NCBI RefSeq assembly: GCF_009914755.1
Contig: NC_060929.1
Strand: one strand, 5' to 3'
From: the human T2T-CHM13v2.0 reference genome, Homo sapiens
DNA length: 64,000 nucleotides
Shown here: positions 13,210 through 29,052 of the stretch, piece after piece
How positions within the stretch are numbered: the first letter of the stretch is position 1
How the letters are laid out: each line of letters opens with the position of its first letter
Notes under the pieces: generated by a model
What the model saw: the letters and a program-made list of their open reading frames with translations, nothing else
The model's database searches: none
What the model was told of the DNA's origin: nothing
Program-made: the position numbers and the translations under genes

Positions 13210-15959
13210 ATGGCCATTTTGTAAAGCTATATGCGCAAGACACAATGCTTCAATGTGCTACCAGCATCTTCAACTATGTCCAAATCTTCCCTCTAAATCT
13301 TCTCTTCCTATTACCAGTGGCATCACCATCCTCTCACACAGTAATTTTGATTAATCTACTCTCTCTTCCTCATTCTTCATATATCCAAATATTTGTCAAT
13401 TATGCTTTCACAACTTACCTCAACTTCTTTGTCAGTCTATTTCCATTGCTCTTTGTTCATGCTCTCATTCTCTTACCTGGTTAACATCAGTTGTCTTAGC
13501 AAACTTGCCACTTTGAAACATCCCCCACTGCCATTTATGTTACTCAGTGCTACTGGACTAATCTTTGTGAATTAGTTTCACTACCATTATTGTTGCTCAA
13601 AAACCTTTAATGACTTTTACTGCCTACCCTAAGTCCAAACTCCTTAGCCTACTACTCAAAGACCTCAGTAACCTGGTTCCAACTTCATTTTCTCAATTTA
13701 TTTCTCACAACTCTCTTTTATCTTAGTACAAATTAGACATTTGTTAGCTGGAAGTCAATGAAGCTTAGTAGAAGGAGCGAAACAACTAGAATTGGTCAAA
13801 CTTGGATTCAACTCTCAGTTCTACCATGTCACCAGCTGGGGGTCCTTGGGAGTTACTTTTCTGGCATGAGATTTAGCAACCTTATCTGTGAAGGTTACTG
13901 AATGATGCAATGAGAACATTTGTAAATGTACCTAGTGTTTGGCATCCAATATGCATACTTCTCCAAATACGCTCCATGTTTCTGCCTATCTGTCCTCCAC
14001 CTAAAATGCCCTCTTTCTCCTCCCACCTTCTCTATAAGACCTATCTTTTAAGGTTAAATGTTATATGCTCCACAATGCCTCTCTTGATCCTTCTTCCTAC
14101 CTGAAGTCACCTCTCCTCAACACTCACATTATTTATACCTTCCTAATATTAACAAATACTTAAAACATTACAGATGGCTAGCAGAATTCATCTCTCTCCT
14201 ACTAGAGTTGAAGCAGCAGTGATTTAGAGAACTACCACATGGAAGCTCACCCAGCAAGTAAAGAGCAAAGCCTAAAGACCATGCATATCTCGGGTACTAA
14301 GATATAAAAGTATGCCTTTTGCTAGTCTGTCCCACCTCTTCATTAGGGGCCATATAGTAAAATTACTGTGTACCAGAGACTACAGTAAGCCCTTCTTTAT
14401 ATGCATTCTTTCACTGAATCTGCCCAACAATCCTATGTAGCAGGTATTACCATAGCCTATTTTTTTACAAATAAGGCAAGTGAGGCTCGGGCCAGTTTGT
14501 CCAAGGTCGCAGTGCTAGAAAGTGACTGTGTCAGGAACAGAATTTGGTCTATTGGATGCCCAAATTTACGTCCTTAAGGGCTATGAAATATTAAATCAGA
14601 TACCCACTATGAAGCAAATTACATTTGCAACGTAAGCATCAAAGACAAAATACACCTTTGATTTCTAAAAAGTAATCAATTAAGGAGAAAAGAGTCTTAA
14701 TTTTCATCAGAGAATGTACATTCAATGACAATGGAGCTAACTCCAATTTTGATGGTGTGAACAATATGAGATTGTGACACAATGCTGTAAAGGAAAAGAT
14801 GCATCATCTCAAAATAAATTGAATTCCCATTTCAAAATAAATTGAATTCCAACCAGAACGCAAGGTATATGAAGACAGCAACCATGTTTGTCTCACTGCT
14901 GTGTACCTCCACATTATAGAACTGTCTTACACAAAGGTGCCTAACACCCAATGAAATTGACGGTAAACACTGGGAAATAAGCACACTGTTTAAATGGCAA
15001 AAGTTTACACTTGAGAACTTTATAGCAGGAAATGATAGCTATTTCAGATAGATTTTTTAAGTAAACCATACAAAGTGGTAAAAGAATTAAAGAGACAAAG
15101 AAAGCCTGCCTGAATAGAGAAGGAAACAGTTAAGAATAACTACCAAAGGTGTCTTCCTGAATCCTTTCCCTCTCTGAAGGTTCAAATCATCTGGCTTCAA
15201 ATCAAAGTAAAAAAAATAGGTGGAAAATAGAGAATTGCCCTTCTAGTCTTCCTACTTTGGAATTCCTTTTTAAATAGCAGCTTTCAAATATCTTTTTATA
15301 ATAAATGTTTTACCTTGTAACATTTAAATTCTCATTCAAGGCAAATATGAAGTTCACTCAAAAGCAGGACAGCTAAGGAGTTATTTGACTAGGCAGTCTT
15401 TGTTGCTGTTTCAAAAGGCCAAAATAAGGCTGAGGAGGAAAATTTCCCCAATGATCACTCTTAAAGTGATTCAATAAATTGGTTACGATGGAGAAAGACA
15501 CTTAGCCTAAGTGCAAGTGCTGTCTTTTTGGGTAAAATCCGTGTAGTCTAGATGCAGTTCTGCTCCAAATCCAACATCCAAATGCCTATCTGCAATCAGC
15601 AGACGCGGGCAGACAAAATTTAACCTAAAATGCAAACTCTCAAAACTTAAGCACACTTAAAAGGTAAACTAAGTTTACAAATCCAATAACTGATACCATC
15701 ACTTCTGGTTTTGAAGGAAATCATAAATGCAAATTTCTCAAGTATCCTCAATCTTTTAGGTTTACTTAAAAATTATGAAAATTAGATTTGAATATGAAAC
15801 GTTCCAAATCACTAAGTTAAAAATGGATGAATGGGTACAATCAGTATAGTCATTCTGATTTGATAGTTATCACTGTGAACCTTAACCACTTGCAGGCTTT
15901 TTTTTGGATACAGTAAATCAGTACCAATGAGAGCTTTTTAAATGACCTGAAAAACACTA

Positions 15960-16182
15960 CAGATATTCCAATCAAAAAATCTAAAATGCTCCAAAATCCG
16001 AAATTTTTTGAGTGCAGACATGACATTCAAAGGAAATGCTCATTGAAGCAGTTTGGATTTTACATTTTTGTATGAGAGCTGCTCAGCTGGTAAACATAAT
16101 GGAAATATTCAAAAATTGAAAAAAATCTAAAACTCAAAACACTTCTGGGCCCAAGAATTTCAGATAAGGAATACTCAACCTG
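15960..16182 (-). mobile_element. Tigger4a (MER46A/Zombi) MITE
   Basis: Terminus GATAAGGAATACTCAACCTG followed by TA; internal GGAAATGCTCATTG motif. Confidence 0.8.
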
Positions 16183-17243
16183 TATCATCTCTAACAGCCT
16201 TTCAAACCACTTTCAACTAATGACTACTGAATTTATACTTTTAAAAGAATGTAAATGCCAAAGATCTTCACATTAAGATGAAAAATAGGAGGTTCACTTT
16301 TATTTTGCTAATCCGTCAAAATACATTCAAGCATGGCACAAAAATTATATTCAACACTAGGTTCTGTACCACCTGCTCCCATGAACTCTTAAATCTGAAT
16401 AATGTTCAGATAATTTTCATAGGTGGAAGTGGTCAAAACATACAACCAATTGTCCCTCCTCCCCAAGTCCCACATGCCAAAATGTTTGCATATAAACTGA
16501 CAAGAGGAACCCAGAAGTGACTAAATACCACTATGCTTTTTTCTTCACTACAAATAGCAATTTTAAGGGTAGACACATGACAATGAAGTGTTAATATACC
16601 ATGAACAGAACAGGTTGCCTTCCTAATACACAGAAAATCCTTTTACATAATTCATTTGCAAACTTTAGAAGCCACTATATTCCCATGTTGGGAATAATAT
16701 GACAACCTTATTAAACTGAAAACCCTGAGAAAGGTGTACTATTCCAATTGACCCAGATCTTCCCACCAAAACTGAGTAAGTCAAGCAGAGTAGTATTTAA
16801 CAATTACAACGAAAAATTTCAGAGAATCATTTTCTGTATCCTAGAGGCCACTCTACAGCCACCAAAAAGCTGGACCAAATTACCAAATGAAGTAGCCCAC
16901 ATGTAATTTGTGTATCACTAGAATTAAAAAATAAGACAGAAATGTATGGAAAGTGTACAACTATTTGAGAGCAAAGGATTTGACTATGTATTACCTCAAT
17001 GTGTAAAAACATCCACCCCGTTTGTCATAGAGGATATAACACTATTTGTACCAACCATCCGCTACCCTTTGTCAAAATGACTACTGAGCAGCTATAACCT
17101 AGCCTAATAATCTTAACCTTTCTTCTTACTTCTTTAAAAGCCCTGCCAATCAGGAAAAAAAAAAAAAAAAACTGGCAAGAACTAGACCTTAGGAATTGAA
17201 CAGTGACAAGAAGTTAAAAAATGGTTCAATATTAAAATATTAT

Positions 17244-17249
17244 TTTATT
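17244..17249 (-). terminator. HNRNPA0: HNRNPA0 candidate poly(A) signal (intermediate); another AATAAA at 17429-17434
   Basis: AATAAA on the minus strand, with a U17 tract (A-run 17155-17171) further downstream. Confidence 0.6.
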
Positions 17250-18475
17250 TTAAAGCCCAATCTTTCAGAAAGCTTCTTAGTATAGCTTTGAGCCTTCAAC
17301 GTCAACATGTAAGTCAAATATTTAAGTTAAATATTAACATCAAGTTAAGCATACTAGATTAAAAGGTACTCTGAACCCACCCACCAGGTTATACATACTC
17401 TCACTCAATCATGTAAAGAATTGAATTCTTTATTTGTGATATCCATAAACGTTGCTATTCTCTATTTCTATCCAGAAAGGCAATTTTCACCTATTATCAC
17501 TTTTGTTCTTCTCTTATAAACAACAACTTGAATGCTATTGCAGGAAAGGGCTACAAATATACATTTGTTAACCAAGCAGAATACACAGATATTTTGCTTT
17601 ACAACTTGCACCTAAAATACCAGTATACGTAGCTGGTTCATTAGTTGTCATAGCAATTTAGGGCTATTGCCCAAGCTATGCATAGCAGTTTACATTTTCA
17701 AACCTCATATAGAAAGGGCTATTGTGATATGAACTGGCAACTACATTCCTGTGAAGCCCATCTCAGTTACAAGCAAATGTGTTAACTTCCAATTCTGCAA
17801 AGAATTTTGATGGCAAAACTTCCAAATCTGATGCAATTGTCTTAAGCAAGTTTTTAAACAAATTGTTTCGCAGCTACTCTGCCATTCTGCCAGTAGATGG
17901 TGCTACAAAGATCGGGAAAGGGATTTCCATGAGGCCAACAGTTCGGATATAGGAAAAAAAAAAAAAAAACGTTTAAACCTGCTCTGAAAGTACAAAAACG
18001 CATTTGAGGGTAAAATATAACCCTTATTTTTAACCATTCATTACAGACAAACCAGTAAGAGGGATGAAACTAGGCCATCTGAAAAATTTTAAACAGTTTA
18101 TATGAATGACATGCTTAACACAAACTATATAGAACTACACAGTACACAGTTTGAAGTAAATTGTCATAGAAATGACCAACCATGTCAAGATGATAAACAA
18201 TTCGCTTAGTACAAGAGATGGATGCACAGAAACTTAAGAGTTTAAAAAGCCACATCCACCACTTCAAAAGTTTTGCCTGTAAGGGATATAATTCAACACG
18301 CAACTAGCAGGGCAACAGGAGAGGGGAAAAAAACCACAGGACCTCTTAAGTTTCTCTAAGTACACATCAAGAATAAAGAATTAACACGTAAAGTCTTAAA
18401 CAAATATCCCTTAAAAAACGGTACGGAATGGATCCTAGAAAAAAAATGTTAGACATGTACGGTCAAACACAATGA

Positions 18476-18481
18476 TTTATT
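18476..18481 (-). terminator. HNRNPA0: HNRNPA0 candidate proximal poly(A) signal
   Basis: AATAAA ~510 nt after the stop codon, with UGUA upstream (TACA at ~18509-18512) and U-rich sequence downstream. Confidence 0.6.
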
Positions 18482-18989
18482 AAAAATAAAACGTAAAAAT
18501 GATTTTTGTACATATGCTTCCAAATTTCAGGCATGGGATCCAAGTAGATTTCATAGAAAACGCTGTAGCCAGGTTATCAAGTCCTTACAACAAAGTAAAC
18601 TACCCCCCACCCCAACCCCCACCCAGGTTTTGCTACAGAATCAGCAAGTTCACTCCCTCCCTCCCCCCAAAAAACACAAATTAAAACAAGACATTTTGCT
18701 AGTATAAAAACGACCAAGGTCCAAGTAATAATAAAAAAATAGAGTCCATCAATGACTGTAACACAAAAATGTGTATGTGGGGCCGAGTCCATCTTCAGAG
18801 GGAGAGACAAGAGAGGTGGCAGGCAAATAGAGGAACACCCCCAAGGGTAAGCAGCCTTAGAAGTGGCTCCCCCAAGGGCAAAACAGGGAAGGCGGTGTGT
18901 GTGAGGGGGTGGGGCTTAGGAGTTGACCCCACTTGGGCTGTTGGAAAGAGCTACCCCTATAGCCACTCCCAGGCATTTTAAATTTTCTT

Positions 18990-19907
18990 TTAGAAGGAGC
19001 TGCCTCCATAGCCACCCCCACCGCCATAGCCGCCTCTGTAAGGTCCACTATTACTGCGACCGCCCCAGCTACTGCCTCCACCGCCGCCGCCGCCGCCGCT
19101 CTTCATGGGCCCATAGGAGGACTGATGCTGGCTGTAGCTGCCGAAGCCGCCGAAGCCGTTACCGTAGTCGCTCCCACCGTAGGACGAACCGCCGCCGCCG
19201 CCTCCGTAGGCATTGTAGCCGCCGCCTCCGCCGCCGCCGTAACCACCGTAGCTGTTGTAACCGCCGCCGCCGCCCTTGGAAAGGCCGTTCTGGTCTCGAC
19301 CACCGCCGCGCCCCCGGCCGCCTCGGCCGCCCCGGGAGGATCGGGAGCCGCCTCCACCCCCACCGGAGTAGATATCCTCCTTGGGGACTGCTTTCTTCAC
19401 CTCCACGCGATGGCCCTGAATCGGATGGAACTTGACCACCGCGGCCTTGTCTGCCGCGTCGTGATTCTGGAAATACACGAAGCCGAATCCACGCTTCTTG
19501 CCGGACTGCTTGTCGGCAATAATCTCGGCCTTTTCCACGGTGCCAAACTGCGAGAAGTGCTCGATCAGGTCGCCCTCAGCCACGTCTCCTTTAAGGCCTC
19601 CGACAAAGAGCTTCTTAACCTTGGCGTGGGCACCGGGCCGCGCCGAATCCTCCCGGGACACCGCCCGCTTCAGCTCCACAGTGTTGCCGTCCACGGCATG
19701 GGGCGAGGCGGCCATGGCGGCGTCCGCCTCCTCCACATTGGAGTAGGTCACGAAGCCAAAGCAACGGGAGCGCTTGGTCTGGGGATTCACCACCACCACG
19801 CAGTCCGTCAGAGTCCCAAAGGCCTCAAAGTGGCCGCGCAGGCCCGACTCACTCGTCTGCACATTGAGGCCGCCGATGAACAGCTTACACAACTGAGAAT
19901 TCTCCAT
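18990..19907 (-). CDS. HNRNPA0: Heterogeneous nuclear ribonucleoprotein A0, 305 aa, intronless
   Basis: [14 protein letters not shown] start; two RRMs (RNP1 RCFGFVTY and RGFGFVYF); MK2 site LKRAVS84; RGG/Gly-rich tail with SYGPMKSG and GPY motifs. The true ATG is at 19905-19907 (the ORF track starts two codons earlier at TTG). Confidence 0.99.
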   Translation of the reverse strand: MENSQLCKLFIGGLNVQTSESGLRGHFEAFGTLTDCVVVVNPQTKRSRCFGFVTYSNVEEADAAMAASPHAVDGNTVELKRAVSREDSARPGAHAKVKKLFVGGLKGDVAEGDLIEHFSQFGTVEKAEIIADKQSGKKRGFGFVYFQNHDAADKAAVVKFHPIQGHRVEVKKAVPKEDIYSGGGGGGSRSSRGGRGGRGRGGGRDQNGLSKGGGGGYNSYGGYGGGGGGGYNAYGGGGGGSSYGGSDYGNGFGGFGSYSQHQSSYGPMKSGGGGGGGGSSWGGRSNSGPYRGGYGGGGGYGGSSF

Positions 19908-21100
19908 CTCCAAGGCCCGGGCCTTGCCCCCGCCCTGCGAGCTCCGAGGTTTCGCCGTCGCCGCCGTTATCGTTGGTTAAGGCCTCTACACAGCTTGGGC
20001 CCAGCCGTTGCTGGAGCCACCCCCGCCGCTCACCGACGGGGAAGGGAAAAAGGGAAGGGGAGGGAAGGAAGGAAGAGAGGAAGGGGGAGGGAAGGGGAGC
20101 GGTGCCGGCTAAAGGGCGAGCCGAGGAGACTGGAAGACAACCAAGGCCACCGCTACCGCCGCCGCCGCCACCTCCGCTCCCCTATCTGGGCACCACACAA
20201 AGAGGCCGCTGAACGCGCGCGCACCCTCCCCGAGGCGTGCGTCACCGCCGACGTACGGCAGCCTAGGGCTACCAGCCAATCCCCGCCTCGCTCCCCTTAA
20301 TCCCGCCTACCGCGCCGCAGCGCCGCTCTAGATCACGGACTCCCCGCCCTCCGCGGTCTATTCAAGCCCGCGGCCTGTGCCGCTCCCGCTTCCGCTTCTG
20401 CCAGCCCACTTTCATTCCCGAGCGCCCCACTGTCCCTTGACATGGGTCCCTCCCTGCCCTCCGCGCACCACCGCGATTCATTTCCTCCTAGCACCGCGGC
20501 TGTTCCCAGTGTTTCTCCCCCTCCCCTTTACTCATCCCCTCGCCCAACTCCGCAGTGGCGTTCGCGCCAGCCCCTTGAGAGACATCTGAGTTCAGCCAAT
20601 CACCGTGATCCCCTCGCACCCACTTCCGTTTTCGGCAGCTGTTGGACGGGCGCGCTCCCCGGTGCGCGCTTGCCCCGGCGCCCCCGGCGTGCAGAGCCGG
20701 CCTACCACCCCCGCGCCTTCTCCCGCCCAGGGCTTTGCCGGGGAGAGAGCAGGGGGCGCGCTGGGGGCCATTCCCAACGGATGCGGTCTGGGGCGCCACG
20801 CGCGGGCTTTTTGAAAACTTGACTGTTGGGGTTGGGGGCCCGGATCTACCCGCCGCCTCTCCGCTTGTCCGCTACACCTGGCGTCCCCGCCCCACCTCCC
20901 GCCCGCACAAAGATGGAGGGCAGAGGCCTGGTCCACGAAGGCGGTTATTAACCGTTTACAGTGGGCCCGACGTGCGGTTAAACTAAAACTTTGCCACGTG
21001 GCCCTGCGCAAAAGCGAGCCCGAGGCGGCGGTGTGAAAGACAACAGGGAACCAAAAGAACTTCAGACATTAGGAACCAGACGAGGCGCGACATCCCTGCC
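19000..21100. promoter_or_regulatory. HNRNPA0: CpG island covering the HNRNPA0 CDS, 5'UTR and promoter
   Basis: Very high GC/CpG density. CCAAT at 20276-20280 and 20596-20600, GC boxes (CCCCGCCC ~20342), ETS-type CACTTCCG at 20621-20628, no obvious TATA box. Confidence 0.92.
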
Positions 21101-21277
21101 TCCCTGCCACCCTCCCGCCCTCCTTGAAGCCCTCCCACGATGCCCTCTCAGAGGAGGCCCTTTCAGGTCCCCTTGGCACACTCCAGCAGACATTTTCATT
21201 TAACCTCAGTGAATGGTTTTTTATGTGTAATTTACATCATCTATGTGTTGCTTTCTTTGAACTAGAATGTTAGCTTT

Positions 21278-21568
21278 TTTGTTGTTGTTGAGATGGAGTT
21301 TCACTCTTGTTGCCCAGGCTGTAGTGCACTGGCGCAATCTCGGCTCAGCAACCTCCGCCTCCTGGGTTCAAGCTGTTCTCCTGCCTCAGCCTCCTGAGTA
21401 GCTGAGATTACAGGCGCCCACCACCACACCCGGCTAATTTTTGTATTTTAGCAGAGATGGGGTTTCACCATGTTGGTCAGACTGGTCTCAAACTCCTGAC
21501 CTTAGGTGATCCATCTGCCTCGGCCTCCCAAAGTGCTGGGTTACAGGCGTGAGCCACCGCGCCTGGCC
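21278..21568 (-). mobile_element. AluS element (first of a tandem pair)
   Basis: Full Alu consensus flanked by TAGAATGTTA(G/A)CTTT. Confidence 0.95.
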
Positions 21569-21583
21569 TAGAATGTTAACTTT

Positions 21584-21856
<273 letters not shown>

Positions 21857-22189
21857 TAAAGATGTTGGGTTAGACGAATGTTTTACAGAGAGAGAGATCA
21901 TATACCCCTAAGTTACTGCTTTTAGTGCCCTCACTCAGATGGGAATGGAAGAAAATTACAATGGCTTCCATTTATTGAGCCTTTGTGTGCCAAGCAAGAT
22001 AAATGGGGTGGGACATAGTTAATATGAGGCATTACGTGACCAAAAGCCTCCAAAACCATATGGTAAACGCTGAAGAAGTTAAGAGGAATTCCTCACTGTA
22101 TCCTCAAGTATTCAGGAAAGATTTAGGAAAGAATTGGAAGTTGCACTGAACCTCAGAGCCAAAGACTAGTTAGTATCCTAAGCAAATTA

Positions 22190-22480
22190 AGGCTGGAACA
22201 GAAAACCAAATACCACAAGTTCTCACTTATAAGTGGGAGCTACACATTGAGTACACATGGACACAAAAGAAGGGAACATTAGACATCAGGTCTTTTTTAA
22301 GGATGGAGGGTGGGAGGAGGGTGAGGACTAAAAAGCTACCTATCAGGTATTATGCTGATGACTTGGGTGACAAAATTATCTATACACCAAACCCCCAAGA
22401 CTAACAATTTACCCACATAACAAACCTCCACGCGTATCCCTTGAACCTAAAATAAAAGTTGGAAAGGAAAAAAAAAAAGA
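22190..22480 (+). mobile_element. L1 (L1PB/L1PA15-16-like) 3' end
   Basis: TTCTCACTTATAAGTGGGAGCTA ... CCCTTGAACCTAAAATAAAAG followed by an A-tail. Confidence 0.85.
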
Positions 22481-23171
22481 TTTCTGTAGGGAGTTTATTT
22501 GAGCAAAATCCAGAGGGAACATAAGCTTCAAGAGACAGGGAGTGGGCCAGTTAGTTTGAGAGAAGCAGGCAGTTTTAGATAGAAAATAGTGAGAGGTAAG
22601 ATAGGTTGAGGGTCTTTGGTACTATGAAATGATACTATGGAATGTGCTGAATCTTAGGTTAAGTAGTTTGGATACTGTAACAAAGGTAAATAGATGGGCT
22701 AAGGTTTGAGGGTAAACTAGTCTGATCTATCACTTACCCTGTAACCATTCAGTTATGTGACTTTGGCTAAGTTACTTAACCTTTTAAAAAAATGTAATCA
22801 GTTTTATTATCTTAAAATGGGAATAATAAAACATCTTTCTGTTGTAGTGAAAATTAAATAAGATTCTACATGTAAACATGTATACATGCCTGGTACACAG
22901 TAAGTGCTCAGTTTATCCAATTATATGAATCCTATGCCTGGTGCTGGCAATATGGCTGTAAACAACAGACAAAAACCTCTGCCCTCATGATGCTTACATT
23001 CTAGTGGGAAGAAGCAGACAATAAACAAATAAGAGTGGTATATGGCATGTTAGATAGTGATAAATGACATTAAAAAAATGAAAGAGGACAGTAGAAAGCT
23101 ATTAACCTTGTTATTACAAAAAAAATTCAAATGTCAGGATTTGCCTATTGATAATAAAGAAAGGGGAAAAT

Positions 23172-23395
23172 GGGCTGGGCACAGTGGCTCGTGCCTGTAA
23201 TCCCTGCACTGTGGGGGGGCTGAGGCAGGCGGATCACTTGAGGTCAGGAGCTCAAGACCAGCATGGCTAACAAATTGAAACCCCGTGTGTGGTGGCGCAT
23301 GCCTGTAGTCCCAGCTACTTGGGAGGCTGAAGCAGGAGAATTGCTTGAACCCAGAAGGCAGATGCTGCTGTTGTTAGCTGAGATGGCACCACTGT
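23172..23395 (+). mobile_element. Internally deleted, 3'-truncated Alu
   Basis: Left arm joined to right arm without the A-rich linker. Confidence 0.85.
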
Positions 23396-23759
23396 TTCAG
23401 AGTCATCCAAATCTTAAAACAGTAAAAGATGAACTCCTGAAGGAATAAAGACCATAACTTATGAAAACTGTTACTTTAGGAATTTACAATTTTGGTAGAT
23501 AGTTTTTGCCTACATTGTTTTTAAATAATAGTTTACCAGCAGTGCCCAACTTTTCTGGCACAAGAGACCTATTTTGTGAAAAACAATTTTTCCACAGACC
23601 AGGATGTAGTTTCAGGATGATTCAAGTGCATTACATTTAATGTGCACTTTATTTCTATTATTATTGCATCATAATATTCAATGAAATATAATAATTATAC
23701 AACTCACCGTAACGTAGAATCAGTGGAAGGCTTGAGCTTGTTTTCCCGCAACTAGCCGG

Positions 23760-25837
<2,078 letters not shown>

Positions 25838-26661
25838 TTTGGCTAGGGTTAGCTTGTGGGCTTACCAAAACTATGACTGAGACAAGTGCATAGCATGGGA
25901 AAGAGGCACGGATGGAAGTGGTAAATAAAATAATGGGCAGGCCATGCTCAGACTAAAGTTAAGTGTCAGATTCTGACAGCCTGCCACCAGATGTAGCTGT
26001 ACAATTGAAGTACATCAATTCACTTGCCACTATAAAGCCTACTGCCAGCCACGGCTTAATTGTCACTTGCCACTCACTGATAGGGTTTTGATATGAGTCT
26101 GTGATTTATTATGGTCTCTGTGCAGTCAGACCTCCCTGCTAATGTTAATCTGTATTTGCAGCCACTCCCCCACATTAGCATTACCACCTCAGCTCCACCT
26201 CAGATCATCAGGCATTAGATTCTCATAAGAAGTGCACAACCTAGATACCTCACATGTTCAGTTCACAATAGGGTTCATGCCCTATGAGAATCTAATCCCG
26301 CTGCTGCTGTGACAGTAGACGGAGCTCAGGTGGTAATGTGAGCCATGGGGAGCAGCTGTAAATACAAATGAAGCTTCACTCGCTCACCCACCGCTCACCT
26401 CCTGCTGTGCAGCCCAGTTCCTAACAGGCCATAGACTGATACCAGTCCATGGCCCAGGAGGTGGGAACCCCTGATCTATGCCACCTAAATGGGGATCCAT
26501 TAGGGTTTTCATTTCTATTGGCTAATAAAGCTTCACAGAGGTAAATGTCAGGTCTAGACACCTTACATACAGTAGGGTATAGGGATGATCAGAGACAATA
26601 CAAGAATGTTGTAGAGACATTAAGAAAGCCAGGATATATGCAGTATGACTGGAATGTTAAG

Positions 26662-26963
<302 letters not shown>

Positions 26964-27453
26964 AGAATGTTAGATTCTTTTTGGAGATTAGATCAGTAAA
27001 GGTAGGGACAGTCAATAAAAGGAGTATTATGTAAACACTTAAATGATGCAGTCAATTTCCTACTCTACGTCATTAAGGAGGAAAAACTATTTTTTTCTAC
27101 TTTGCCTTTTAGATCACTGCCTGAGTTTACTTTGTTTCTTTAACTCGCTTACAGGTGTCTAAGCCTTCCAAAATAAAACACTTAAAAATAAAACTGAAAT
27201 TTAGACTGCCTTTGGCTTCCATCCCTCCTGCAAGCTTGATTACAAAAAGCTAATGGAATGTGATGGTTACACAAGTCATAGAACCACACACTAAAAAGAG
27301 TGTGTTTTAATATTAAATTATACGTAGACAGAGAAAGAATGAACTGAGAAAGAAAGGAAAGACTATGGCCAGCTATATTTCCAGAAAGCAGCAACTGTGA
27401 TTTTTTAAAATTAGCTTTTTATTGGATCCATGTTTGTTTTACAGTTAGGATTC

Positions 27454-27823
27454 TGCTATGGACTAAATTGTGCACCCCTGGTCCCCACGCTCAAATTCAT
27501 ATATTCAAGCCATAACTCCCAGTACCTCCAAATGTAACCATAATTGAAGATAAGGTTTCGAAAGAGGTGATTACATTAAAATGATGTCATTAGGGTGGGG
27601 CCCTACTTCAATATGTCTGGTGTCATAAGAAAGACAACAGGAGCACAAGTGCATAAAGGGACGACCATCTGCAAGCCAAGGAGGAGAGGCCTCAGAAGAA
27701 CCCCAGACTGCCAGCACTTCATCTTTGACCTCCAGCCTCCAGAACTAGGAGAAAATAAATTTCTATTGTTTAAGCCACTCATTCTGTAATATTTTGTTAT
27801 GGCAGCACTAGCAAACTAGTACA
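27454..27823 (+). mobile_element. MLT1A/B-type MaLR solo LTR
   Basis: TGCTATGGACTAAATTGTG ... GCAAACTAGTACA; near TSD GATTC/GGTTC. Confidence 0.82.
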
Positions 27824-28594
27824 GGTTCCATTTTTATTTATTCAAGGTGAACATTTCAAAAGGGCATTCTTTGCCACTTGTGGTGAAAGTATATTTTTTC
27901 TAGTGGACCCTAACAACTCATATCAAAAGCTTTTAAATTTGGCCCATTCTTTTGAACCAGCAATTACACTTCCAGAAATTTATCACAGCGAAATAATTCA
28001 GGACCTATACAAGGATTTAGCTATAAAGATATTTATTTTAATTTGTTTATACTAGAAAAAAAGTTGGAAATGACCTAATTGTCCCAAAATAGCTGTCTAA
28101 TAAATAGAGAATCAATTAAGTGCTCCAGGTAAGAATACTATATTATGAAGTACTTAAATTGATATTACAGAGGAAAAAGTCATGACTTGCATTTAGATAT
28201 AAATCTCATAACATCAAGATGATGTATAAAAAGTCACACTATTTATTTTATCAAATCAAATTAAGTCTGACTTAATTTGAACCCCATACTTGTCAGAATG
28301 GCAAAAATGTCAACATTACTGGGGTTCCTTCCACCTTTTTTCATGCAAAGGCACTTGCCTCTCTCTCTTTAATAAAATGCTTTTTGTGGAGAAAAAAAAA
28401 AAACCCAAGAGGAAGATTGTCTTTAAAAGGGTCTCTCCTGAGGTGAGAAAATGAACAGACCTATTCATTTTGTAGTGATGTTAATTGTACCTTGTTCTTC
28501 TCCTGTATATTCCCTTGCCTCAAGAGCAAAATCTAGGCTTTTAGAAGAGGGAATTGTATTTGTCTCCTCCAGATGGAAGGAAATGTTGAAGGAG

Positions 28595-29052
<458 letters not shown>

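Noticed and set aside
18857-19435. Arg-rich and Ala-rich alternative-frame ORFs over the Gly-rich tail
   Set aside because: By-products of (GGC)n glycine codons read in other frames or on the other strand.
18990-19907. HNRNPA0 as a processed pseudogene because it lacks introns
   Set aside because: Intact ORF, CpG-island promoter, no poly(A) tail or TSD; HNRNPA0 is a known functional single-exon gene.
19125-20300. 391-aa ORF antisense to HNRNPA0
   Set aside because: It is in exact codon register with the sense CDS. GC-rich codon usage (no TTA/CTA/TCA) explains the absence of stops, the peptide is low-complexity, and there is no supporting promoter or poly(A) evidence.
20377-21203. Several 70-140-aa ORFs in the promoter
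   Set aside because: Expected by chance in a CpG island; no recognisable domains.
25981-25998. CTCF-like CCACCAGATGTAGC in Charlie3
   Set aside because: Lacks the conserved GGC of the core; probably just transposon sequence.
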